DNA of 64,000 nucleotides, taken from the sequence record MN508614.1. One strand, given 5' to 3'. Both the position numbers and the translations under genes were made by a program. Numbering within the stretch: position 1 is the stretch's first letter; each line of letters begins with the position of its first letter. Below the pieces are notes generated by a model. It was not told the origin of the DNA. It saw only the letters and a program-made list of their open reading frames with translations, and did not search any database. Shown in pieces: positions 55,939 through 64,000 of the stretch. The stretch comes from Escherichia phage ES12.

Positions 55939-58900
55939 ATGGCCGAGATTAAAAGAAAGTTCAGAGCAGAAGATGGTCTGGACGCAGGTGGCGATAAAAT
56001 AATCAACGTAGCTTTAGCTGATCGTACCGTAGGAACTGACGGTGTTAACGTTGATTACTTAATTCAAGAAAACACAGTTCAGCAATATGATCCAACTCGT
56101 GGATATTTAAAAGATTTTGTAATCATTTATAATAATCGTTTTTGGGCAGCAACGGATAATATTCCAAAACCTGCTGGAAATTTTAATAGAATTCGTTGGA
56201 AAGCATTACGTACTGATGCCGTATATACAACCGTATCATCTGGACCATATCAATTAAAATCCGGAGAAGCAATTTCAGTAGATACATCAGTTGGCAATGA
56301 CATTGAGTTTACTTTACCACCTTCTCCGCTTGATGGAGAAACCGTAATAATTCAAGATATCGGTGGAAAACCTGGCATAAATCAGGTTAAAATAAATTCT
56401 TCAAATCAGAGTATTGTCAATTTTAGAGGTGAACAGGTACGTTCAGTTTTAATGACTCATCCAAAGTCACAGATGGTATTCATTTTTAATAATCGTTTGT
56501 GGCAAATGTATATTGCTGATTATAGCAGAGAAGCTGCGATTGTTACTCCATCGACTGCATATCAAGCACAATCTAATGATTTTATCGTACGTAGATTTAC
56601 TTCTGCCGCACCGATTAATGTTAAACTTCCAAGATTTGCCAATCATGGAGATATCATTAATTTCGTTGATTTAGATAAATTAAATCCACTTTATCATACA
56701 ATTGTCACGACATATGATGAAACAACTTCAGTACAAGAAGTTGGAACTCATTCCATTGAAGGCCGTACATCGATTGACGGTTTCTTGATGTTTGATGATA
56801 GTGAAAAATTATGGAGATTGTTTGACGGGGATAGTAAAGCACGTTTACGCATTATAACGACTAATTCAAACATTCGTCCAAATGAAGAAGTTATGGTATT
56901 TGGTGCGAATAATGGAACAACTCAAACGATTGAACTTCAGCTTCCAACTAATATTTCTGTTGGTGATACTGTTAAAATTTCCATGAATTACATGAGAAAA
57001 GGACAAACAGTTAAAATCAAAGCTGCCGGTGAAGATAAAATTGCTTCTTCAGTTCAATTGCTGCAATTCCCAAAACGCTCAGAATATCCACCTGAAGCTG
57101 AATGGGTGACTGTTCAAGAATTAGTTTTTAACGGTGAAACTAATTATGTTCCAGTTTTACAGCTTGCTTATATTGAAGATTCTGACGGAAAATACTGGGT
57201 AGTACAACAAAACGTTCCAACAGTTGAAAGAGTCGATTCTTTAAATAATTCTACTAGAGCAAGATTAGGCGTAATTGCTTTAGCTACACAAGCCCAAGCT
57301 AACGTCGATTTAGAAAATTCTCCACAAAAAGAATTAGCAATTACTCCAGAAACATTAGCTAACCGTACTGCTACAGAAACTCGTAGAGGTATCGCAAGAA
57401 TAGCAACTACTGCTCAAGTAAATCAGAACACTACATTCTCTTTTGCTGATGACCTTATCATCACTCCTAAAAAGCTGAATGAAAGAACTGCTACAGAAAC
57501 TCGTAGAGGTGTTGCTGAAATTGCTACGCAGCAGGAAACTAATACAGGTATCGATGATACTACAATCATCACTCCTAAAAAGCTTCAAGCTCGTCAAGGT
57601 TCTGAATCATTATCAGGTATTGTAACTTTTGTATCTACCGCAGGAGCTACCCCAGCTTCTAGTCGTGAATTAAATGGTACAAATGTTTACAATAAAAACA
57701 CTAATAATTTAGTTGTTTCGCCTAAAGCACTGGATCAGTATAAAGCTACTCCAACACAGCAAGGTGCAGTAATTTTAGCAGTTGAAAGTGAAGTAATTGC
57801 TGGACAAAGCCAAGAAGGATGGGCAAATGCGGTTGTAACGCCAGAAACGTTACATAAAAAGACATCAACTGATGGAAGAATTGGTTTAATTGAAATTGCT
57901 ACGCAAAGTGAAGTTAATACAGGAACTGATTATACTCGCGCAGTCACTCCTAAAACTTTAAATGACCGTAGAGCAACTGAAAGTTTAAGTGGTATAGCTG
58001 AAATTGCTACACAAGTTGAATTCGACGCAGGCGTCGACGATACTCGTATCTCTACACCATTAAAAATTAAAACTAGATTTAATAGTACTGATCGTACTTC
58101 TGTTGTTGCTCTATCTGGATTAGTTGAATCAGGAACTCTCTGGGACCATTATACCCTTAATATTCTTGAAGCAAATGAGACACAGCGTGGTACACTTCGT
58201 GTAGCTACACAAGTTGAAGCTGCTGCAGGAACATTAGATAATGTTTTAATAACTCCTAAAAAGCTTTTAGGTACTAAATCTACCGAATCGCAAGAAGGTG
58301 TTATTAAAGTTGCAACTCAGTCTGAAACCGTGACTGGAACGTCAGCAAATACTGCTGTATCTCCAAAAAATTTAAAATGGATTGTGCAGAGTGAACCTAC
58401 TTGGGCAGCTACTACTGCGATAAGAGGTTTTGTTAAAACCTCATCTGGTTCAATTACGTTCGTTGGTAATGATACAGCTGGTTCTACGCAGGACTTAGAA
58501 CTATATGAGAAAAATGGTTATGCAGTATCACCATATGAATTAAACCGTGTATTAGCAAATTATTTGCCGTTAAAAGCAAAAGCTGCTGACGCAAATTTAT
58601 TAGATGGTCTAGATTCATCTCAGTTCATTCGTAGGGATATTGCCCAGACAGTTAATGGTTCACTAACCTTAACCAAACAAACGAACCTGAGTGCCCCTCT
58701 TGTATCATCTAGTACTGCTACGTTTGGTGGATCAGTTTCAGCAAATAGTACATTAACTATTTCTAATACTGGAACGGCAACTCGTCTGATTTTTGAGAAA
58801 GGACCTCAAACTGGAACAAACCCAGCTCAAACGATGACAGTCAGAGTGTGGGGAAATCAATTTAGTGGGGAATCAGACACAACACGTTCTACCGTATTTG

Positions 58901-59808
58901 AAGTTAGTGATGAAACGTCTAGTCATTTTTATTCTCAGCGTAATAAAGCTGGAAATATAACATTTAATATCAACGGTACAGTAACACCGATAAATGTTAA
59001 TGCTTCAGGAACATTGAATGCAAATGGTGTAGCAACATTTGGTAATTCAGTCACTGCAACTGGTGAAATTATTTCTCGAAGCGCAAATGCTTTCCGTGCT
59101 ATTAGCGGAAATTATGGTTTCATTGTTCGCAATGACGGGTCAGTAACGAATTTTATGCTTACTGCATCGGGTGATCAGACTGGTGGATTTAATGGATTAC
59201 GTCCATTGTCCATTAATAATCAATCTGGGCAGGTCACAATTGGTGAAAGCTTGATCATTGCTAAAGGTGCTACTATAAATTCAGGTGGTTTAACTGTTAA
59301 CTCGAGAATTCGTTCTCAGGGTACTAAAACCTCTGATTTATATACCCGTGCGCCAACATCTGATACAGTAGGATTCTGGTCAATCGATATTAATGATTCA
59401 GCCACTTATAACCAGTTCCCGGGTTATTTTAAAATGGTTGAAAAAACTAATGAAGTGACTGGACTTCCATACTTAGAACGTGGTGAAGAAGTTAAATCTC
59501 CTGGTACATTGACTCAGTTTGGTAACACACTTGATTCACTTTACCAAGATTGGATTACTTATCCAACGACCCCAGAAGCACGTACCACTCGCTGGACACG
59601 TACATGGCAGAAAACCAAAAACTCTTGGTCAAGTTTTGTTCAGGTATTTGACGGAGGTAACCCTCCTCAACCTTCAGATATAGGAGCGATCCCATCTGAT
59701 AATGGAATAATAGGTAATCTTACTATTCGCGATTTCTTGCGAATTGGTAATGTTCGCATTATTCCTGACCCAGTGAATAAAACTGTTAAATTTGAGTGGA
59801 TTGAATAA
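55939..59808 (+). CDS. 34: long tail fibre proximal subunit gp34
   Basis: 1289 aa, same length as T4 gp34; internal repeats; TATAAATA at 55897-55904. Confidence 0.95.
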   Translation: MAEIKRKFRAEDGLDAGGDKIINVALADRTVGTDGVNVDYLIQENTVQQYDPTRGYLKDFVIIYNNRFWAATDNIPKPAGNFNRIRWKALRTDAVYTTVSSGPYQLKSGEAISVDTSVGNDIEFTLPPSPLDGETVIIQDIGGKPGINQVKINSSNQSIVNFRGEQVRSVLMTHPKSQMVFIFNNRLWQMYIADYSREAAIVTPSTAYQAQSNDFIVRRFTSAAPINVKLPRFANHGDIINFVDLDKLNPLYHTIVTTYDETTSVQEVGTHSIEGRTSIDGFLMFDDSEKLWRLFDGDSKARLRIITTNSNIRPNEEVMVFGANNGTTQTIELQLPTNISVGDTVKISMNYMRKGQTVKIKAAGEDKIASSVQLLQFPKRSEYPPEAEWVTVQELVFNGETNYVPVLQLAYIEDSDGKYWVVQQNVPTVERVDSLNNSTRARLGVIALATQAQANVDLENSPQKELAITPETLANRTATETRRGIARIATTAQVNQNTTFSFADDLIITPKKLNERTATETRRGVAEIATQQETNTGIDDTTIITPKKLQARQGSESLSGIVTFVSTAGATPASSRELNGTNVYNKNTNNLVVSPKALDQYKATPTQQGAVILAVESEVIAGQSQEGWANAVVTPETLHKKTSTDGRIGLIEIATQSEVNTGTDYTRAVTPKTLNDRRATESLSGIAEIATQVEFDAGVDDTRISTPLKIKTRFNSTDRTSVVALSGLVESGTLWDHYTLNILEANETQRGTLRVATQVEAAAGTLDNVLITPKKLLGTKSTESQEGVIKVATQSETVTGTSANTAVSPKNLKWIVQSEPTWAATTAIRGFVKTSSGSITFVGNDTAGSTQDLELYEKNGYAVSPYELNRVLANYLPLKAKAADANLLDGLDSSQFIRRDIAQTVNGSLTLTKQTNLSAPLVSSSTATFGGSVSANSTLTISNTGTATRLIFEKGPQTGTNPAQTMTVRVWGNQFSGESDTTRSTVFEVSDETSSHFYSQRNKAGNITFNINGTVTPINVNASGTLNANGVATFGNSVTATGEIISRSANAFRAISGNYGFIVRNDGSVTNFMLTASGDQTGGFNGLRPLSINNQSGQVTIGESLIIAKGATINSGGLTVNSRIRSQGTKTSDLYTRAPTSDTVGFWSIDINDSATYNQFPGYFKMVEKTNEVTGLPYLERGEEVKSPGTLTQFGNTLDSLYQDWITYPTTPEARTTRWTRTWQKTKNSWSSFVQVFDGGNPPQPSDIGAIPSDNGIIGNLTIRDFLRIGNVRIIPDPVNKTVKFEWIE
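57300..58350 (+). repeat. in-frame tandem peptide repeats within gene 34
   Basis: Repeated ...TESxxG(I/V)xxIATQxExxxGxDDTxxITPKKL... units; DNA repeat ACTGCTACAGAAACTCGTAGAGGT at about 57368 and 57488. Confidence 0.8.
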
Positions 59809-59816
59809 GAGGTATT

Positions 59817-60932
59817 ATGGAAAAATTTATGGCAGAGTTTGGACAAGGATATGTCCAAACGCCATTTTTATCGGAAAGCAATTCAGTAAGATATAAAATA
59901 AGCATAGCGGGTTCTTGCCCGCTTTCTACTGCGGGACCATATGTTAAATTTCAGGATAATCCCGTTGGAAATCAAACATTTAGTGCAGGTCTTCATTTAA
60001 GAGTTTTTGACCCTTCTACGGGAGCATTAGTTGATAGCAAGTCATATGCTTTTTCTGCTTCAAACAATACAACATCTGCCGCTTTTGTCAGTTTCATGAA
60101 TTCTTTGTCAAACAATAGACTTGTTGCTATATTAACTAGCGGAAAGGTTAATTTTCCTCCTGAAGTGGTATCTTGGTTAAGGGGAGCAGGAACTTCAGTT
60201 TTTCCATCAGATTCAGTATTGTCAAGATTTGACGTGTCATATGCTGCTTTTTATACTTCTTCTAAAAGAGCTATTGCATTAGAGCATGTTAAACTAAGTA
60301 ATAGAAAAAGCACAGATGATTATCAAACTATTTTAGATGTTGTATTTGATAGTTTAGAAGACGTCGGAGCTACAGGATTTCCTAAAAGAACATATGAAAG
60401 TGTAGAGCAATTCATGTCAGCAGTTGGTGGAACTAATAACGAAATTGCGCGATTGCCAACTTCAGCTGCTATAAGTAAACTTTCTGACTACAATTTAATT
60501 CCTGGTGATGTTCTTTATCTTAAAGCACAACTATATGCTGATGCTGATTTACTTGATCTTGGAACTACAAATATATCTATTCGTTTTTATGATGCATCAA
60601 ATGGATATATTTCCTCGACCCAAGCTGAGTTTACTGGGCAAGCTGGGTCTTGGGAATTAAAAGAAGATTATGTAGTTGTTCCTGAAAATGCAGTAGGATT
60701 TACGATATATGCACAAAGAACTGCCCAAGCAGGTCAAGGCGGCATGAGAAATTTAAGCTTTTCTGAAGTATCAAGAAATGGCGGCATTTCAAAACCTGCC
60801 GAATTTGGCGTCAACGGTATTCGCGTTAATTATGTCTGCGAATCGGCTTCACCTCCAGATATAATGGTACTTCCTACACAAGCCTCTTCTAAAACTGGCA
60901 AAGTGTTTGGGCAAGAATTTAGAGAAGTTTAA
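59817..60932 (+). CDS. 35: long tail fibre hinge protein gp35
   Basis: 371 aa; hairpin terminator downstream. Confidence 0.9.
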   Translation: MEKFMAEFGQGYVQTPFLSESNSVRYKISIAGSCPLSTAGPYVKFQDNPVGNQTFSAGLHLRVFDPSTGALVDSKSYAFSASNNTTSAAFVSFMNSLSNNRLVAILTSGKVNFPPEVVSWLRGAGTSVFPSDSVLSRFDVSYAAFYTSSKRAIALEHVKLSNRKSTDDYQTILDVVFDSLEDVGATGFPKRTYESVEQFMSAVGGTNNEIARLPTSAAISKLSDYNLIPGDVLYLKAQLYADADLLDLGTTNISIRFYDASNGYISSTQAEFTGQAGSWELKEDYVVVPENAVGFTIYAQRTAQAGQGGMRNLSFSEVSRNGGISKPAEFGVNGIRVNYVCESASPPDIMVLPTQASSKTGKVFGQEFREV

Positions 60933-60937
60933 ACTGA

Positions 60938-60964
60938 GGGAGCCTTCGGGTTCCCTTTTTCTTT
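60938..60964 (+). terminator. rho-independent terminator after gene 35
   Basis: GGGAGCC-TTCG-GGTTCCC followed by TTTTTCTTT. Confidence 0.8.
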
Positions 60965-60971
60965 ATAAATA
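60964..60971 (+). promoter_or_regulatory. late promoter TATAAATA (gene 36)
   Basis: Exact TATAAATA after gene 35 terminator. Confidence 0.7.
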
Positions 60972-60994
60972 ATATTAAAATAAAGGGGCATATA

Positions 60995-61645
60995 ATGGCT
61001 GATTTAAAAGTAGGTTCAACTGTAGGTGGATCTGTCATTTGGCATCAAGGAAATTTTCCATTGAATTCAGCCGGTGACGATGTACTCTACAAATCATTTA
61101 AAATATATTCAGAATATAATAAACCACAGGCAGCTGATAACGATTTCGTTTCTAAAGCTAATGGTGGTACTTACACCGGTCCAATTACTATTAATTACGG
61201 GGTAAATAGTTATCTTCAATTAAGTAATAATGAAACCCCCATTCGAATTCGTTCTGGTGGCGGTACCGGTAATACTCTTGTAGTTGGCGGCTCTTCCGGC
61301 GGTATTAGTTTTAGACCTGCAGGTAGTGAAATCACTACTGGACAAATTACTATTACACCAGAAGGTTTGACAACATTTACCAGGGCTGTAACGGCTCCAT
61401 CGGTAACTGTTACATCTACTCCTTCCGCAGCATCTGATGTTACTCGCAAAGATTATGTTGATGGAGCAATAAATACTGTTACAGCAAATGCAAACTCTAG
61501 GGTATTACGCTCTGGAGACACTATGACAGGAAATTTAACTGCGCCAAACCTTTTTTCACAGAATCCTGCATCTCAACCTTCACACGTTCCACGATTTGAC
61601 CAAATCGTAATTAAGGATTCTGTTCAAGATTTCGGCTATTATTAA
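60995..61645 (+). CDS. 36: long tail fibre distal small subunit gp36
   Basis: 216 aa; TATAAATA at 60964-60971. Confidence 0.9.
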   Translation: MADLKVGSTVGGSVIWHQGNFPLNSAGDDVLYKSFKIYSEYNKPQAADNDFVSKANGGTYTGPITINYGVNSYLQLSNNETPIRIRSGGGTGNTLVVGGSSGGISFRPAGSEITTGQITITPEGLTTFTRAVTAPSVTVTSTPSAASDVTRKDYVDGAINTVTANANSRVLRSGDTMTGNLTAPNLFSQNPASQPSHVPRFDQIVIKDSVQDFGYY

Positions 61646-61653
61646 GAGGACTT

Positions 61654-64000
61654 ATGGCTACTTTAAAACAAATACAATTTAAAAGAAGCAAAATTGCAGG
61701 TCAACGTCCTGCAGCTTCAGTATTAGCCGAAGGTGAATTGGCTATAAACTTAAAAGATAAAACAATTTTCACAAAAGATGACTCAGGTAGTGTTATAGAA
61801 TTAGGTTTAAAATATGGAGGAACTATAAATGGATCTTTAGAGGTTACAGAAAATATAACTGGAACTTTAATTGGAAATTCTAGTACAGCTACTAAATTGC
61901 AAACACCTAGGAAAATTAATGGTATATCTTTTGATGGATCAAAGGACATTACACTAACTCCATCTGATATAAATGTAAATAGTACAACGTTTATAAAAAA
62001 TAACGGCGAATTACCTGTTGATGCTAATTTAGATGAGTATGGGCCTGTTGAAGAATATCTTGGAGTTTGGTCGAAAGCAACTTCAACCAACGCTCAACCA
62101 GCAAATAAATTTCCAGAAGAAAATGCTGTAGGTGTTCTAGAAGTATTTGTGGCCGGTCAATTTGCTGGTACTCAGAGATATACAACTAGATACGGAAATG
62201 TTTATATTCGTTCCTTGACTGCTACATGGAACGGAGTAAACGGTCCGTGGAGTGCGTGGCGAAATATTCAATCTGGTACTCGTCCACTGTCAACAACGAT
62301 TGATCTTAATGATCTAGGAGGCGCTGAACACCTTGGTTTGTGGCGAAATAGTTCAAATTCCATTGCTACCTTTGACAGAAATTTCCCAGAAGAAGGATCG
62401 TCCGCTCAAGGACTTTTAGAAGTATATGAAGGTGGAAACTATTCTCGCACACAGAGATATACGACCAGATTTGGTGTTGTTTATACTCGTTGTCTTGCTG
62501 CTGCGTGGGATGCTTCTGCGCCTAAATGGGGACCTTGGCAACAAGTCGGTAATGTCACACCGGCGACTTTCTATGACGGAGATCTGAATGATTTTAAAAC
62601 TCCTGGGTTATATAATATTTTAGGCACTGATGCCGTTATTAACTGTCCTACCGGTGAAGGTTTGCCGACTGTTATTGTTGGTTTGCTGGAAGTTAAACAG
62701 CGTGCTTCTGGCGGTGCTATTTTCCAAAAATTTACTACTGCCGGAACGGGTGCAACTACCCGCGATCGTATTTTTGAGCGCGCATATACCGGCGGTGTTT
62801 GGGGTGCATGGAACGAAGTATATACATCTTATTCTCTGCCAATTACTTTGGGTATGGGTGGTATTAAAGCTCAATTAGCGGAGTTAGATTGGCAAACCTT
62901 TGATTTTGTCCCTGGTAGTATGTTTAGCGTTCCTTTGAATAAAATAAAGAACATGCCAGCAAATATGGATTGGGGGACGATTGATGGAAACTTGGTTATG
63001 TTTTCTGTCGGTCCTAGTGAACATACTAGCACAGGGCGCACTGTTCAGGTTTGGCGCGGTACTGTATCCCAGACAAACTACCGTTATTTTGTCGTTCGTG
63101 TATTCGGTAATTCAGGAAATAGAACTTGCACAGTTCGTCGTGTTGTTCTTGAAGATGGTCGCCACAAATGGACAGCGCAGCAAGATTTTAATGGCGCAGT
63201 TAACTTCGGTGCTGCAACCACGTTTAAATCAACTACAACTTTTAATACAGAAGTTAAATTTCGCGCATTGAATGCGTTCCGCCTGTATGGCGGAAAATTT
63301 GGTACATTTTTACGTAATGATGGAGAGAGTCTTTATATTCTTTCCACCGACGAAGATGATCAAGATGGAAACTTTAATACAAATAGACCTTTCCGTTATG
63401 AATTAAGAACTGGTGATGTTACTTTGGGTGGTGCTAGTGGTGCTAACGTTTTAAAATTAAAACGTGATTCTCTCACCGCATTTTTTGGCGGTGATATTAA
63501 CATTAAAGGCACGATGACTTTTGACGCCGGACGTTTAGGATCACGAGATTATTTTAAATTTAACCATTGGGGTGATAGTAATAATGCGCGTGATAATATC
63601 ATCCAGTTAGAAGACAGCAAAGGCGCTCATTTTTCCACTGAACGTACTTTAGCGACTGGTGCAATTAAGACTAAATTTTTTGGTGAAATTGAATCCGATG
63701 GTAAATTGGTTATTAAACGTCCGGGTGATTCTATTGTATTATCAACAACTGCTAGTAATTCTTTGCATATTCGCGGTGATATAGACGGGACTGGTAACTG
63801 GTATATTGGTAAAGGTGATGCTGATAATGGATTAGCGTTCTATAGTTATGCTACTAATGCTGGTGTATACATTACAAACGCAGGAGATATCTCGCTAAGT
63901 CCAAAGGGTGCCGAAATGGCTCAGGTCAATAACGTTCGATTATATGTTCATGGTGAACGTTGGACCGCTAGTCAACCAGGTGATTGGGGTAGTCAGTGGC
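61654..64000 (+). CDS. 37: long tail fibre distal large subunit gp37, 5' partial (runs off window end)
   Basis: Hand-translated open frame from ATG 61654 with RBS AAGAGGA; N-terminus [39 protein letters not shown]; no stop before window end; absent from the ORF track because it is unterminated. Confidence 0.85.
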   Translation, partial: MATLKQIQFKRSKIAGQRPAASVLAEGELAINLKDKTIFTKDDSGSVIELGLKYGGTINGSLEVTENITGTLIGNSSTATKLQTPRKINGISFDGSKDITLTPSDINVNSTTFIKNNGELPVDANLDEYGPVEEYLGVWSKATSTNAQPANKFPEENAVGVLEVFVAGQFAGTQRYTTRYGNVYIRSLTATWNGVNGPWSAWRNIQSGTRPLSTTIDLNDLGGAEHLGLWRNSSNSIATFDRNFPEEGSSAQGLLEVYEGGNYSRTQRYTTRFGVVYTRCLAAAWDASAPKWGPWQQVGNVTPATFYDGDLNDFKTPGLYNILGTDAVINCPTGEGLPTVIVGLLEVKQRASGGAIFQKFTTAGTGATTRDRIFERAYTGGVWGAWNEVYTSYSLPITLGMGGIKAQLAELDWQTFDFVPGSMFSVPLNKIKNMPANMDWGTIDGNLVMFSVGPSEHTSTGRTVQVWRGTVSQTNYRYFVVRVFGNSGNRTCTVRRVVLEDGRHKWTAQQDFNGAVNFGAATTFKSTTTFNTEVKFRALNAFRLYGGKFGTFLRNDGESLYILSTDEDDQDGNFNTNRPFRYELRTGDVTLGGASGANVLKLKRDSLTAFFGGDINIKGTMTFDAGRLGSRDYFKFNHWGDSNNARDNIIQLEDSKGAHFSTERTLATGAIKTKFFGEIESDGKLVIKRPGDSIVLSTTASNSLHIRGDIDGTGNWYIGKGDADNGLAFYSYATNAGVYITNAGDISLSPKGAEMAQVNNVRLYVHGERWTASQPGDWGSQW

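Noticed and set aside
57355-57597. Antisense ORF and other opposite-strand ORFs inside gene 34 and the gene 37 region (61701-62090, 62620-62874, 62630-62878, 62981-63271)
   Set aside because: They lie within or antisense to the tail fibre genes; the gene 37 frame is open through the window end, so these are artefacts
57300-58350. Possible CRISPR-like or satellite repeats
   Set aside because: The repeats are in-frame coding repeats of tail fibre protein gp34, without spacer-repeat architecture; no CRISPR array is present in the window

Overview
This window is a 64 kb segment of a T4-like (Tequatrovirus-type) myovirus genome, collinear with phage T4 from the 3' end of gene 14 to the 5' part of gene 37. 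Protein identities and motifs were recognised by reading the six-frame translations; no database search was run. Hand-derived coordinates for promoters, hairpins and adjusted starts may be off by 1-2 nt. Plus-strand late blocks: 15-16-17-18-19-20-67-68-21-22-23-24 (tail, terminase, portal, prohead core, capsid), 51-27-28-29-48-54 (baseplate hub) and 34-35-36-37 (long tail fibre). Minus-strand early/middle blocks: rnlB-hoc-inh, uvsY-25-26, and alt to rnh (alt, ligase 30, rIII, 31, cd, pseT, spanins, alc, rnlA, denA, nrdB, nrdA, td, frd, 32, 59, 33, dsbA, rnh). Freestanding GIY-YIG homing endonuclease genes sit at the segE and segG positions. Regulatory signals are T4-typical: TATAAATA late promoters, GTTTAC-N17/18-TATAAT early promoters, MotA-box middle promoters, GC hairpin terminators and the gene 32 translational operator. 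The main departures from my recollection of T4 are: a full-length tandem paralog of the Alt ADP-ribosyltransferase; an extra ORF between frd and td; uninterrupted td and nrdB; no endonuclease gene between 23 and 24; a 52-bp promoter/leader module present twice; and a 356-bp ORF-poor gap next to rIII. No CRISPR array, integrase, tRNA or rRNA was found.
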